A DNA stretch of 64,000 nt from Bacteroidota bacterium (GCA_046314755.1 JBKDBG010000002.1:14765-78764); one strand, 5' to 3'; numbered from the stretch's first letter, positions 46,818-57,315 are shown. The notes: generated by a model not told the origin, from the sequence alone. Program-made: numbers and translations.

Positions 46818-48161
46818 ATGCATGATCCGTCAAAAAATATTGATCAATCATTATTCGATAATTCAAATGCTTACTCACGTTTAGCGTTTGAGGCGATGGA
46901 ATATACCGATGAGTGTTTGTTTATCACCGGAAAAGCCGGCACAGGTAAATCAACCCTGTTGCGATATTTTGTATCCAACAGTAAAAAGCAAGCTGTAGTT
47001 TTAGCCCCAACAGGTATTGCGGCAATAAACGTTGGAGGTGTAACCATTCATTCTTTTTTTCGTTTGCCATTTAGGCCTATTGCACCCGATGATGATGAAA
47101 TACAACGTTTCCCTCGAAATTCGGAGAAGTTCAAAATTATTCAGAAAACGGATGTGTTTATTATTGATGAGGTATCGATGCTTAGGGCTGATATTATTGA
47201 TGCCATAGATCAATGTTTGAGATTAAATACCGGATACCCTGATAAACCCTTTGGCGGCAAACAAGTGGTATTTTTTGGCGATTTGTTTCAGCTTGAACCG
47301 GTTGTTCAGCAAAATGAAGTGGAGCGATATTTATTCGAACAATATTATAACAGTCATTACTTCTTCGATGCCCGCGTGTTTCGTAACATTCAATTGCATA
47401 GTATTGAGTTACGAAAAATATACCGACAAAACGATGCTCATTTTATAGCACTGCTCGATAAAATTAGGTTGAAACAAGTAAATGAAGAGGATTTATTACA
47501 CTTGAACCGCAGGGTTGACCGATATTTTGAACCAACAGCTCAAGATTTATTCATTACGCTTACCACAAGAAATCATACGGCAAGTGGTATTAATGAAGGG
47601 GAATTAAATAAACTTCCGGGAGAGGAAAAAATTTACCAAGGTGCAGTAAGTGGTGAGTTTAATTTAAACCAATTACCAACCGAAAAAACTTTGGTGCTAA
47701 AACAAGATGCACAAATAATTTTTATAAAAAATAGTGCAGAAAATAAATGGGTAAATGGTACTGTTGGGAAAATCAAAAAACTGGAGGAGGATAGTATAAC
47801 CGTTGAGTTGAATAATGGTGAAGAAGTAGAAGTGTTGCGTGAACTTTGGGAAAACAAAAGATACTATTGGGATAACATAAATCGTAAAGTAAAAAGTGAT
47901 GTGATCGGCACCTTTAAACAATTTCCCATAAAATTAGCTTGGGCTATTACCATTCATAAAAGCCAAGGTTTAACTTTTGATAAAGTAATTATTGAATTGG
48001 GCGGTGGTACATTTGCACACGGACAACTTTATGTAGCATTAAGCAGATGCCGAACCTTAGAAGGAATTGTTTTACGTGAGGCAATAAAAAACTCTGACAT
48101 CAAAATTGATGACAGAGTTATACAGTTCGCCAAAAACTTTGCGTCTCTTGAAGACGCGTAA
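46818..48161 (+). CDS. Pif1/RecD-like SF1B DNA helicase
   Basis: The ORF opens with TTG at 46800 and the first ATG is at 46818. It has Walker A GKAGTGKST, Walker B FIIDEVSML, FGDLFQL and ITIHKSQGLTFD motifs. Confidence 0.75.
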   Translation: MHDPSKNIDQSLFDNSNAYSRLAFEAMEYTDECLFITGKAGTGKSTLLRYFVSNSKKQAVVLAPTGIAAINVGGVTIHSFFRLPFRPIAPDDDEIQRFPRNSEKFKIIQKTDVFIIDEVSMLRADIIDAIDQCLRLNTGYPDKPFGGKQVVFFGDLFQLEPVVQQNEVERYLFEQYYNSHYFFDARVFRNIQLHSIELRKIYRQNDAHFIALLDKIRLKQVNEEDLLHLNRRVDRYFEPTAQDLFITLTTRNHTASGINEGELNKLPGEEKIYQGAVSGEFNLNQLPTEKTLVLKQDAQIIFIKNSAENKWVNGTVGKIKKLEEDSITVELNNGEEVEVLRELWENKRYYWDNINRKVKSDVIGTFKQFPIKLAWAITIHKSQGLTFDKVIIELGGGTFAHGQLYVALSRCRTLEGIVLREAIKNSDIKIDDRVIQFAKNFASLEDA

Positions 48162-48162
48162 T

Positions 48163-48303
48163 TTAAGGTTGTTGCGAAGTAGAATTAGTTTGGGTTGATG
48201 AGTTTGCTTGTTGTTGGTCTGACATCATTTTATAACCAACTAAAACCATAATGGCAATCCAACCAATTACGATTCCAATAATTAAGCCTTTACCTGATTT
48301 CAT
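48163..48303 (-). CDS. possible 46-aa single-pass membrane peptide (not in the ORF track)
   Basis: My translation is MKSGKGLIIGIVIGWIAIMVLVGYKMMSDQQQANSSTQTNSTSQQP: one hydrophobic helix and a polar tail, in an otherwise empty 265-nt gap. There is no supporting homology. Confidence 0.3.
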   Translation of the reverse strand: MKSGKGLIIGIVIGWIAIMVLVGYKMMSDQQQANSSTQTNSTSQQP

Positions 48304-48426
48304 AATGTTCCCCGTTTTTTTGTATTACAAAATTTAATACACAAATCGGAATATGAAAAAAAAGAATTGTTTTGACAGGAAAAACTAAATAAATAGCGGT
48401 TATAAAAAACAGACGTTTGTTATTTG

Positions 48427-49365
48427 TCAAACCGAACGAAAGCTTCCCTTTAGAAAATCATGGTAAGCCAAGCCAATTCCTGTTTTTAAATCAACTTTAG
48501 GTTTCCATTCCATTTTTCTGAGTTTCTCGGCATCCATTAATTTTCTTGGCGTGCCGTCCGGTTTTGATAAATCAAACCTTATTTCACCATCATATCCAAC
48601 CACTTCTTTGATCAAATAAATCAACTCTTTGATACTTACATCTTCTCCATAACCAACATTCACAAATTGCTTTTCGTGGTATTCTTGCATAAGTAAGTAA
48701 CAAGCATCAGCAAGGTCATCCACAAATAAAAACTCCCTTAGCGGACTTCCGGTTCCCCAAGCCTCAATAAATGGAGCGTGATTTATTTTGGCTTCATGCA
48801 TTCTTCTAATTAAAGCGGGCATAACATGCGAATGTTCGGGGTGGTAATTATCTCCATAACCATATAAATTAGTTGGCATCACCGAAATAAAGTTACAACC
48901 ATATTGGTCGCGGTAACTCTCACACAATTTTATTCCTGCAATTTTTGCAATGGCATAAGGCTCATTGGTGTATTCTAACTCTCCGGTAAGCAAGTAATCT
49001 TCTTTTAGTGGTTGTGGTGCAAGTTTTGGGTAAATGCATGATGAACCGAAGAACATTAATTTCTTCACGTGATGCACATAGGCTTGATGAATAATGTTTG
49101 ATTCAATCATCAAGTTTTGATAAATAAAATCAGCGCGATAGGTGTTGTTCGCCACAATGCCTCCAACTTTGGCCGCAGCTAAAAAAACGTATTCCGGTTT
49201 TTGTTCATCAAAAAAATTGGCAACCGCTTGTTGGTTGGTTAAGTCTAATTCGGCACTGGTTCTTACAACAATATTTTCATAACCTTCTGCAATCAGTTTT
49301 CTGTGCATGGCAGAACCAACCATACCTTTATGACCTGCAATGTAAATCTTCGCGTTTTTTTCCAT
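48427..49365 (-). CDS. fcl: GDP-L-fucose synthase
   Basis: 312 aa. The N-terminal [13 protein letters not shown] Rossmann motif and YAIAKIAG (YxxxK), located directly downstream of gmd. Confidence 0.9.
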   Translation of the reverse strand: MEKNAKIYIAGHKGMVGSAMHRKLIAEGYENIVVRTSAELDLTNQQAVANFFDEQKPEYVFLAAAKVGGIVANNTYRADFIYQNLMIESNIIHQAYVHHVKKLMFFGSSCIYPKLAPQPLKEDYLLTGELEYTNEPYAIAKIAGIKLCESYRDQYGCNFISVMPTNLYGYGDNYHPEHSHVMPALIRRMHEAKINHAPFIEAWGTGSPLREFLFVDDLADACYLLMQEYHEKQFVNVGYGEDVSIKELIYLIKEVVGYDGEIRFDLSKPDGTPRKLMDAEKLRKMEWKPKVDLKTGIGLAYHDFLKGSFRSV

Positions 49366-49378
49366 TCCTGCCTATACC

Positions 49379-50515
49379 TTATTCAAAATAATTCATGGTT
49401 TTAAAACCTGAATCTTTTAAAAATAATTCCTTCTTCATCAGTTTTAAATCACCTTTCATCATATCTTTTACCAATGCAGGCAAATCATATTTGGGTTTCC
49501 AACCTAATTGGGTTTGTGCCTTAGTTGGGTCTCCAATCAATAAGTCAACCTCTGTTGGCCTGTAGTATCTTGGGTCAACAGCAACCACTTCCTGTCCCAC
49601 CGATAAATTACATGAGGTAATGTCAAGTTCTTCCAATCGTTTTTGGTCAATGGCTTCCACAATACCCACTTCTTTTTCTTGCTCACCTTTAAAAGTTAGG
49701 GTGATGCCTACATCCTCAAAACTCATGCGCACAAATTCTCTTACCGCAGTAGTAACTCCGGTGGCTATTACATAATCTTCGGGTTTTTCTTGTTGCAGAA
49801 TCAAATACATGGCTTCAACATAATCTTTGGCATGGCCCCAATCGCGTTGAGCATTTAGATTACCTAAGAATAATTTATCCTGCATACCTAACACAATTTT
49901 TGCGGCAGCACGTGTGATTTTTCGTGTCACAAAAGTTTCTCCTCGTATCGGACTTTCATGATTAAATAAAATACCGTTACAAGCGTACATACCGTAAGCT
50001 TCACGATAATTTACCGTGATCCAGTATGCATACAATTTTGCAACTGCATATGGTGAGCGAGGATAAAATGGTGTAGTTTCACTTTGCGGAACAGCCTGCA
50101 CCAATCCGTATAATTCTGAAGTAGATGCTTGGTAAACTTTTGTTTTATGGGTTAACCCACAAATGCGCAAAGCCTCTAAAATACGAAGCGTACCAATACC
50201 ATCAGCATTTGCAGTATATTCAGGTGTTTCAAAACTTACGTGCACATGGCTCATGGCAGCCAAATTGTAAATTTCATCAGGCTGTGTTTCTTGAATAATC
50301 CGAATAAGGTTGGTTGAATCCGTTAAATCGCCATAATGCAATTTTAGCTTAAGATTTTTTTCATGCGGATCTTGGTATAAATGATCAATACGATCGGTAT
50401 TAAACAAAGAACTTCTGCGTTTAATTCCATGCACCATATAGCCTTTGTTTAGTAAAAACTCTGCCAAGTAAGCACCATCTTGTCCGGTAATTCCGGTTAT
50501 TAAAGCTGTTTTCAT
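49379..50515 (-). CDS. gmd: GDP-mannose 4,6-dehydratase
   Basis: 378 aa with [29 protein letters not shown] and [16 protein letters not shown]. Confidence 0.95.
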   Translation of the reverse strand: MKTALITGITGQDGAYLAEFLLNKGYMVHGIKRRSSLFNTDRIDHLYQDPHEKNLKLKLHYGDLTDSTNLIRIIQETQPDEIYNLAAMSHVHVSFETPEYTANADGIGTLRILEALRICGLTHKTKVYQASTSELYGLVQAVPQSETTPFYPRSPYAVAKLYAYWITVNYREAYGMYACNGILFNHESPIRGETFVTRKITRAAAKIVLGMQDKLFLGNLNAQRDWGHAKDYVEAMYLILQQEKPEDYVIATGVTTAVREFVRMSFEDVGITLTFKGEQEKEVGIVEAIDQKRLEELDITSCNLSVGQEVVAVDPRYYRPTEVDLLIGDPTKAQTQLGWKPKYDLPALVKDMMKGDLKLMKKELFLKDSGFKTMNYFE

Positions 50516-50581
50516 TTTATAATATCTACAAGCTGCGGCTTGTGTTAAATACGAATTAAGTATGGTTGATTATTTATTCAA

Positions 50582-51067
50582 TCAAATTTCTTCAAAAAAT
50601 CCGGTTTGTTTATTTTTTCTAACGTTATTCCAGTTAAAATAGCGCCCGTTCATAGCCACATAAACACCATGAGGCAAAGTTTGTGCAAATGCCAACGCAC
50701 TTCCTAAGTTAAATAAACCGTCACTCGAACCGAATTTATAAGGAATCATGGCACCGGTTAGCACAATGGTTTTATCTTTTATTTCTTCCGCTAAAATTTT
50801 TGCTGTGGTGGTCATGGTGTCCGTTCCATGGGTTATCACTATTCTGTCTTCTTCAGCACGCTTACAACTTTCCACAATAATGCTTCGATCCGTATCGGTC
50901 ATCTCTAAACTGTCTACCAACATCAAGGTACGAATACTCACATCAACCTTGCATCTTCCAAGTTTTAAAATTTCTTGAATGTGTGTGTCTTTAAAAAACA
51001 GTTGCCCATTCAATTCGTTGTATTCCTTATCGAATGTGCCTCCTGTTACAAAAATGCGTATGCCCAT
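50582..51067 (-). CDS. stand-alone asparaginase N-terminal-domain protein
   Basis: 161 aa. VTGGTFDK (Thr nucleophile region) and VITHGTDTM match the L-asparaginase/GatD N-domain. No C-terminal domain is present. Confidence 0.6.
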   Translation of the reverse strand: MGIRIFVTGGTFDKEYNELNGQLFFKDTHIQEILKLGRCKVDVSIRTLMLVDSLEMTDTDRSIIVESCKRAEEDRIVITHGTDTMTTTAKILAEEIKDKTIVLTGAMIPYKFGSSDGLFNLGSALAFAQTLPHGVYVAMNGRYFNWNNVRKNKQTGFFEEI

Positions 51068-51308
51068 TTTATTCGGTTAATTTGGACGAAAGTAAAAGAA
51101 TTCTATTAAATCTGCTGCACAAGGCCTGTTTTAACCTCATAATATTGCATCATACATGGTTTTTCTGCTTAGGTTTATTTTAATGATACATTATCAATGT
51201 TTTATAGAATACTTAATGGCCTGATTATAATCAATAAAACCTTTTAAGGCTTTGCTTTATTTATTAATAGGAATAGTTAATTTCGTGGCACTTTTATAAT
51301 TCGATTAA

Positions 51309-53153
51309 ATGAATACAATTGAAACGACTGTAGAGTCGGTAGTAATAAGATTTGCAGGGGACTCCGGTGATGGAATGCAGCTAACGGGAAGCCAGTTCAC
51401 TAATGCTACGGCATTACTAGGTAACGACCTTGCTACATTCCCTGATTTTCCTGCTGAAATTCGTGCCCCGCAAGGCACATTAGCAGGAGTTTCCGGTTTT
51501 CAAATCCATTTTGGTTCAACAAGAATTCATACTCCGGGAGATAGGAGTGATGTATTGGTTGTGATGAATGTGGCTGCCTTAAAAGCGAATCTCCGTAATT
51601 TAAAAAAGGGTGGTGTAATCATCGCAAATACTGATGGTTTTGATGCAAAAAACATGCGTTTAGCCAATGTGCCTGAAGGAGAAAATCCTTTAGAAAATGG
51701 TTCATTAGCGGATTATGATGTAAAAACGATTGATGTTACCAAAATTACCCGTGCTGCATTAGCTGATAGTGGTTTAGGAACAAAAGAAATTGATCGTTGT
51801 AAAAATATGTTTGTGCTTGGTTTATTGTACTGGATGTATCATAGGCCAATGGATAACACGCTTGAGTTTATCAAGTCGAAATTTAAGAAGAACGAAGCCG
51901 TTTTAAATGCCAATATCAAAGTGCTTCAGGCCGGTTGGAGTTATGGTGAAACAACAGAAATGTTTGCCAATCGATACATGGTTGCTCCTGCAAAAATGGA
52001 AGCCGGTGTTTACCGCGGTATAATGGGTAATCAGGCCGCTGCTTACGGGTTAATTGCTGCTTCTGTAAAATCAGGTTTGCCGCTTTTTTACGGAACATAT
52101 CCAATTACCCCTGCATCAGATGTATTGCATGAGTTATCTAAATATAAAAATTTCGATATCAAAACATTTCAAGCGGAAGATGAAATTGCAGGTATTTGTT
52201 CGGCTATTGGTGCTGCATTTGGCGGCCACTTGGCTGTAACGGGTTCGTCAGGTCCGGGTATTGCTTTAAAAACCGAAGCCATCGGTTTGGCTACCATGCT
52301 TGAATTGCCATTGGTTGTGGTAAATATTCAACGTGCGGGTCCAAGTACCGGTTTACCAACTAAAACGGAACAAGCTGATTTGTTGCAATCGTTTTATGGA
52401 AGGAATGGCGAATGCCCTGTTGTTATTGTTGCCGCTCAATCACCTGCTGATTGTTTTACCATGGCTTATGAAGCTTGCAGAATATCACTTGAGCATATGA
52501 TTCCGGTGTTCTTTTTAAGTGATGGCTACATTGCCAATGGTTCTGAGCCTTGGAGGTTTCCACAATCGGCCGACTTACAAAATATTCACGTTGAATTTGC
52601 AAAAGAACGCGCGGCAAGTGATGATAAGTTTATGCCATATTTCCGTGATGAAAAACTTTCTCGTCCGTGGGCAGTTCCGGGAACCAAAGGTTTGGAACAT
52701 CGTATTGGTGGATTAGAAAAGCAAAACATCACCGGTAATATTTCATACGATCCTGATAACCATGAATTGATGGTAAAGCTTCGTCAAGAAAAAGTTGATC
52801 TTGTGGCCAATTATATTCCAAATCAAACCATTGATACAGGCGCTGATTCAGGTGATGTGTTGATTTTAGGTTGGGGAGGAACATATGGTGCATTAAAAAC
52901 AGCTACTCAACAATTAATTGCCGAAGGACATAAGGTTTCGCATGCACATTTACGTTACTTAAATCCTTTCCCTAAAAACTTAGGCGAGTTAATGAGCAAA
53001 TTTAACAAGGTGGTGATTCCTGAATTAAACAATGGCCAATTGGTAAAAATTATCCGCGATAAATATTTTATTGATGCCATTGCTTACAACAAAATTCAAG
53101 GCCAACCATTTATGGCTAGTGAGGTGGTAGCATATATTAAATCAAAGTTTTAA
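51309..53153 (+). CDS. korA: 2-oxoacid:ferredoxin oxidoreductase subunit alpha
   Basis: 614 aa, a fused gamma-alpha arrangement. It starts RFAGDSGDGMQ.. and has a later pyruvate-flavodoxin-oxidoreductase core (GYPITPASD). Confidence 0.85.
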   Translation: MNTIETTVESVVIRFAGDSGDGMQLTGSQFTNATALLGNDLATFPDFPAEIRAPQGTLAGVSGFQIHFGSTRIHTPGDRSDVLVVMNVAALKANLRNLKKGGVIIANTDGFDAKNMRLANVPEGENPLENGSLADYDVKTIDVTKITRAALADSGLGTKEIDRCKNMFVLGLLYWMYHRPMDNTLEFIKSKFKKNEAVLNANIKVLQAGWSYGETTEMFANRYMVAPAKMEAGVYRGIMGNQAAAYGLIAASVKSGLPLFYGTYPITPASDVLHELSKYKNFDIKTFQAEDEIAGICSAIGAAFGGHLAVTGSSGPGIALKTEAIGLATMLELPLVVVNIQRAGPSTGLPTKTEQADLLQSFYGRNGECPVVIVAAQSPADCFTMAYEACRISLEHMIPVFFLSDGYIANGSEPWRFPQSADLQNIHVEFAKERAASDDKFMPYFRDEKLSRPWAVPGTKGLEHRIGGLEKQNITGNISYDPDNHELMVKLRQEKVDLVANYIPNQTIDTGADSGDVLILGWGGTYGALKTATQQLIAEGHKVSHAHLRYLNPFPKNLGELMSKFNKVVIPELNNGQLVKIIRDKYFIDAIAYNKIQGQPFMASEVVAYIKSKF

Positions 53154-53174
53154 GTTTTAAATGTTCAGTGTTGA
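53147..53174 (+). repeat. left heptad array (GTTTTAA GTTTTAA ATGTTCA GTGTTGA)
   Basis: Four tandem 7-mers. The korA stop TAA (53151..53153) lies inside the first unit. Confidence 0.8.
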
Positions 53175-53201
53175 GTTATGTTACCTCAAAATAAAACTGT
53201 A

Positions 53202-53543
53202 ATGGAAAAGAGTTTTAACTTCTCACTTGAAATGATTAAACCGTATAAAATTTTATTGAATGAAAAGGAGTATGTTATTTCCAAACAATTGTTAAGAAGT
53301 TCTACAAGCATTGGAGCAAATATTAATGAAGCTGGAGCTGCATTTTCAAAGTCGGATTTTATTCATAAAATGTCCATAGCATCAAAAGAAGCAAGAGAAG
53401 CGAGATATTGGTTGATGCTTTTAGACAAAAGCCAAATTGTAGAATTTAATTATAAAGATTATCTATTTAAAGTTGAAGAATTAATTAAAATGCTAACAGC
53501 AATCGTTAAAACCAGTCAGCGAAACAATAAACAAGCGAACTAA
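53202..53543 (+). CDS. four-helix-bundle protein (23S rRNA intervening-sequence protein / Avd family)
   Basis: 113-121 aa (alternative start at 53178). SKQLLRSSTSIGANINEAGAAFSKSDFIHKMSIASKEAREARYWLMLL matches the family core (Q..R...SI..NI.E......EF....IA..E..E...WL). Confidence 0.8.
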   Translation: MEKSFNFSLEMIKPYKILLNEKEYVISKQLLRSSTSIGANINEAGAAFSKSDFIHKMSIASKEAREARYWLMLLDKSQIVEFNYKDYLFKVEELIKMLTAIVKTSQRNNKQAN

Positions 53544-53560
53544 TAAGTGTATCGCCAATC

Positions 53561-53595
53561 TTAAAACTTAAAACTTAACACTTAAAACTCAAAAC
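53561..53595 (+). repeat. right heptad array (TTAAAAC TTAAAAC TTAACAC TTAAAAC TCAAAAC), the complement of the left array
   Basis: Five tandem 7-mers ending 2 nt before the korB ATG. 53561..53576 is the perfect reverse complement of 53145..53160. Confidence 0.85.
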
Positions 53596-53597
53596 TA

Positions 53598-54620
53598 ATG
53601 ACTGCAATAGAAAAACTAACATCAAAAGATTTTGCATCAGATCAAGAAGTGCGCTGGTGCCCGGGATGTGGTGATTACAGTATATTAAAACAAGTACAAA
53701 CAGTATTGCCTGATTTAGGTCGCCCTAAGGAAGAGTTTGTATTTATTTCCGGTATTGGTTGCTCATCGCGTTTTCCGTATTACATGGATACATTTGGTAT
53801 GCATTCAATTCACGGAAGAGCTACTGCCATTGCAACCGGCTTAAAAGCTACCCGACCTGATTTGTCGGTTTGGGTAATTACAGGTGATGGGGATAGCATG
53901 AGTATTGGTGGAAATCACTTCATACACATGTTGCGCAGAAACCCCGACTTAAATGTATTGTTGTTTAACAACCAAATTTACGGTTTAACAAAAGGGCAAT
54001 ATTCACCAACTTCAGAGCAAGGTAAGGTAACGAAATCTACACCAATGGGATCGGTTGATTATCCGTTTAATCCTATTGCATTGTGCTTAGGTGCTGATGC
54101 AACATTTGTTGCTCGCACCATGGATAGAGATCCAAAACACCAACAAGCCATTATCAAACGCGGTTACGAACATAAAGGCACTTCTATGATAGAAATTTAT
54201 CAAAACTGCAACGTGTTTAATGACGGTGCTTTTGAAGTGTTTACCGAGAAGGGGTCGAAAAAACAAGAAACCTTGTTTATGGAAAATGGCAAACCGTTGT
54301 TGTTTGGTGAGCAAAATGAAAAAGGAATAATGCTTGATGGTTTTAAACCTGTAATTGTAAATGTTGCTGATGTTTCTGCAAATGATTTATGGATACATGA
54401 TGAAACCGATTTGGTTAAAGCAACTATCTTGTCTCGCTTTTATGATGATGCTTCAGTTGAAGGACATTTCCCTCGTCCGTTTGGTGTGTTTTATGTAAAT
54501 AACAACAAAGCTACTTTTGATGATTTGTTTAATGCGCAAATTGAAGAAGCAAAAACAAACTATGGTAAAGGAGATTTAGATAAACTCTTAGCAGGCAGAG
54601 AAACCTGGGTGGTTAATTAA
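53598..54620 (+). CDS. korB: 2-oxoacid:ferredoxin oxidoreductase subunit beta
   Basis: 340 aa with WCPGCGDYSIL and the TPP-binding GDGDSMSIGGNH motif. Confidence 0.85.
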   Translation: MTAIEKLTSKDFASDQEVRWCPGCGDYSILKQVQTVLPDLGRPKEEFVFISGIGCSSRFPYYMDTFGMHSIHGRATAIATGLKATRPDLSVWVITGDGDSMSIGGNHFIHMLRRNPDLNVLLFNNQIYGLTKGQYSPTSEQGKVTKSTPMGSVDYPFNPIALCLGADATFVARTMDRDPKHQQAIIKRGYEHKGTSMIEIYQNCNVFNDGAFEVFTEKGSKKQETLFMENGKPLLFGEQNEKGIMLDGFKPVIVNVADVSANDLWIHDETDLVKATILSRFYDDASVEGHFPRPFGVFYVNNNKATFDDLFNAQIEEAKTNYGKGDLDKLLAGRETWVVN

Positions 54621-54640
54621 AACTTCATACCTATAAAACT

Positions 54641-54675
54641 AAAAGCAGCGCTATTAATGTAGTGCTGCTTTTTTA
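54641..54675. terminator. bidirectional terminator (korB / GT2)
   Basis: AGCAGC-gctattaatgtagt-GCTGCT followed by TTTTTTA. Confidence 0.7.
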
Positions 54676-55431
54676 TTTGGATTGATGAAGTTGATTTAAC
54701 TTTTTGTACTTGAGGTAAACTTCTTTTGCCGTTAGTTTAGCAATGATAAATCCATATTTACCATCCAAAAAACCAAGTTTAAAAAAGTAATCGCGAACAA
54801 AACGAAACAATGGACTTAGGTAGCGTTTGATGAAGGTTGTTTTTTTGTTTCTTTTTATTAGCTCATGCGCCCCCCTTGTACTGTATTTTTCAATTTTTTG
54901 CAGGTGTTGGTCTATACTTAGGTAAGAGTAATGATACAATTCACCCTTTAGCAGTTGGGTGCTTGTTTTGTTTGGATAAATCAAGCTTTCGTGTACTTCT
55001 GCTAAATTCCATTGTGCATGTTCTTTATTAAAAAGTCTGGGTTTTATATCCGGATTCCAACCTCCGTAGCGTATCCATTTGCCGCAATAATTATTTAAAC
55101 GTTTAAATGCGTAAACTACATTATTATCTAAATTATTTTTCAGTTGATGTAATTCTTTTATCAACTCTTCCGATAAAACTTCATCAGCATCAATAGAAAG
55201 TATCCAATTGTGTTGAGCGTTTTGATTGGCTTTGTTTTTTGTTGCACCAAAACCAATAAAAGGATTTACAATAACTTTTGCGCCTAATTCAGTAGCGATT
55301 TTAACCGTTTCATCCGTTGAGTTGGTATCACAAATCAAAACCTCATCAGCCACCGGTAAAACCGATTTAATGCATCGCTCAATATGCTTGGCTTCATCAA
55401 ATGTAATGATAACTGCACTTATACTTTCCAT
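54673..55431 (-). CDS. glycosyltransferase family 2
   Basis: 252 aa with ISAVIITFDEAKHIERCI..CDTNSTDET and SIDADE (DxD). The start shares 1 nt with the upstream stop (TAATG). Confidence 0.8.
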   Translation of the reverse strand: MESISAVIITFDEAKHIERCIKSVLPVADEVLICDTNSTDETVKIATELGAKVIVNPFIGFGATKNKANQNAQHNWILSIDADEVLSEELIKELHQLKNNLDNNVVYAFKRLNNYCGKWIRYGGWNPDIKPRLFNKEHAQWNLAEVHESLIYPNKTSTQLLKGELYHYSYLSIDQHLQKIEKYSTRGAHELIKRNKKTTFIKRYLSPLFRFVRDYFFKLGFLDGKYGFIIAKLTAKEVYLKYKKLNQLHQSK

Positions 55432-56321
55432 TACTTAAGTTTGGCTTTGAGTGATGAGATGAAATAGGGAAGCCCCTTTTTAAAACGTAACGGTTTAATG
55501 GATGTGATAGGCTCACCAACTTTAAGCACATGTTGATATAAATACGATGCACTAAAGCCCCATTTTTTCATAAAGGTAGTTCTGCCATCATTACGTTCAA
55601 CCCTTCCGGTTGATTTACATTTGAAATGATAAACCAAACTTTTACCAAGTCCTTTAAAATCGCGTACACCAATATTCCATAATTTCATAGCAAAATCCGG
55701 GTCGCTGTAAAAGCCCGGACTGTATTCTTCGCTATATCCGCCAATTTTATTCCACAAATCAATATGTACAATGCTTGGAGGCCAGCAAGCACCGCTCCAA
55801 TCAGCCTTTGGCGTATGGTGTGCTACAAATTGTAAAAGTTTTTGTTCTTCAAAATCTTCAATGCGAGTTCCAAAATTATACGGGGCTAAAACAGCTTTGT
55901 TGGTTCCTGTTTCATACTCAATCATTGTGCCTGAGTAATAAAATAGGTTGGTTCCGTTTTGTTGTATGGCTTGCCATAATATTAAATCCCATTCTGGGCA
56001 TGCATACATATCATCATTAAAGTAAACAATGTAGTTGGTTCGTGCCAATTTAGCGGCTGCATTAACTGCATAACAAACACCTGCATTGGTTTTACTGTAA
56101 GTATAATCATACCCGTTTGATTGAACCCATTCCAATGTGCCATCAGTTCCTTCGTTTACATGCACAATAATTTGGTGCTTGTATGTACTTTTTTTTTGTA
56201 AGCTATTAATGCAGAGTTGAAGATAGGGTAGATTATTCCAACTGGGAATTAAGATGCTAAACAAGGCATCATGCAAGGGTTGATGAGTAGGATGGGAGCT
56301 AATTTCCGGCTTAATAAACAT
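55431..56321 (-). CDS. glycosyltransferase (GT-A fold, family 2-like)
   Basis: 296 aa with FSILIPSWNNLPYLQLCINSL and a FNDDMY (DxD-like) motif. Confidence 0.65.
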   Translation of the reverse strand: MFIKPEISSHPTHQPLHDALFSILIPSWNNLPYLQLCINSLQKKSTYKHQIIVHVNEGTDGTLEWVQSNGYDYTYSKTNAGVCYAVNAAAKLARTNYIVYFNDDMYACPEWDLILWQAIQQNGTNLFYYSGTMIEYETGTNKAVLAPYNFGTRIEDFEEQKLLQFVAHHTPKADWSGACWPPSIVHIDLWNKIGGYSEEYSPGFYSDPDFAMKLWNIGVRDFKGLGKSLVYHFKCKSTGRVERNDGRTTFMKKWGFSASYLYQHVLKVGEPITSIKPLRFKKGLPYFISSLKAKLK

Positions 56322-56324
56322 GTA

Positions 56325-57311
56325 TTACTTCGAATAGGTATTTAAAAACTCATTTACGTTTTTCTCAATACGTTTCTCTACATCATTGTAATCAGCTTTG
56401 TCAAATTTCATTCCGGTTATTTGTTCATATAACTCAATATACCTATTGGTAACAGTTTCAACAAAATCATCACTCATTTCCGGTTGTATTTGTCCTTCAT
56501 GTCCTTGAAATCCATGCTCAATTAGCCATTGACGTACAAACTCTTTCGATAGCTGGCGTTGTTGTTGGTCTTTCTCTTGTATTTTTTCGTAAGTGTCTTT
56601 ATAAAAATACCTTGATGAATCAGGCGTGTGAATTTCATCAATCAAAAAAACTTTACCGTCTTTTTTCCCAAATTCATACTTGGTATCAACCAAAATTAAA
56701 TTTTGTTTTGCTGCGGCCTCAGTTCCTAACGCAAATAACTTTCGGGTATAATCTTCTAAAATTAAATAATCTTCCTCACTTACCAATCCGGTTTTTAATA
56801 TTTCATCACGGCTAATATCCTCATCATGGCCATGGCTTGCTTTAATGGTTGGTGTAATGATGGGTTCAGGGAGTTTATCATTTTCTCTGAGTCCTTCCGG
56901 TAAAGCTACTCCGCATACACTTCTTTTCCCTGCTTTATATTCTCTCCAAGCATGGCCGGCCAAATATCCGCGAATAACCATTTCTACTTTAAACGGGTTG
57001 CACGCATGGCCAATGGTAACGTTTGGATCAGGACTCGCAATTTTCCAATTGGGTACCACTTCGGAAGCCATATCCAAAAAATGTGAAGCAATTTGGTTTA
57101 ATACTTGTCCTTTATAAGGTATTGGTCTTTTTAATACAACATCGAATGCGCTAATTCTATCGCAGGCAATCATCACCAATACATCATCATTGATGTTATA
57201 TACATCTCTTACCTTACCTCGGTAAAAGCCTTTTTGGTTTTTAAAAAAGTAATTGGTTGAAATAATTGCACTTTCCATAGTCATAAAATTGTGAGGTTGC
57301 GAATTTAACAT
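56325..57311 (-). CDS. purC: phosphoribosylaminoimidazole-succinocarboxamide synthase
   Basis: Up to 328 aa (the start may be an internal Met at codon 10 or 12). It has [16 protein letters not shown] and LVDTKYEFG, the SAICAR synthase motifs. Confidence 0.9.
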   Translation of the reverse strand: MLNSQPHNFMTMESAIISTNYFFKNQKGFYRGKVRDVYNINDDVLVMIACDRISAFDVVLKRPIPYKGQVLNQIASHFLDMASEVVPNWKIASPDPNVTIGHACNPFKVEMVIRGYLAGHAWREYKAGKRSVCGVALPEGLRENDKLPEPIITPTIKASHGHDEDISRDEILKTGLVSEEDYLILEDYTRKLFALGTEAAAKQNLILVDTKYEFGKKDGKVFLIDEIHTPDSSRYFYKDTYEKIQEKDQQQRQLSKEFVRQWLIEHGFQGHEGQIQPEMSDDFVETVTNRYIELYEQITGMKFDKADYNDVEKRIEKNVNEFLNTYSK

Positions 57312-57315
57312 CTAT

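Noticed and set aside
53561-53595. The heptad array considered as a CRISPR or other long-repeat locus.
   Set aside because: The units are 7 nt and contiguous, without spacers, so this is not CRISPR architecture. It is treated instead as a boundary repeat of the four-helix-bundle cassette.
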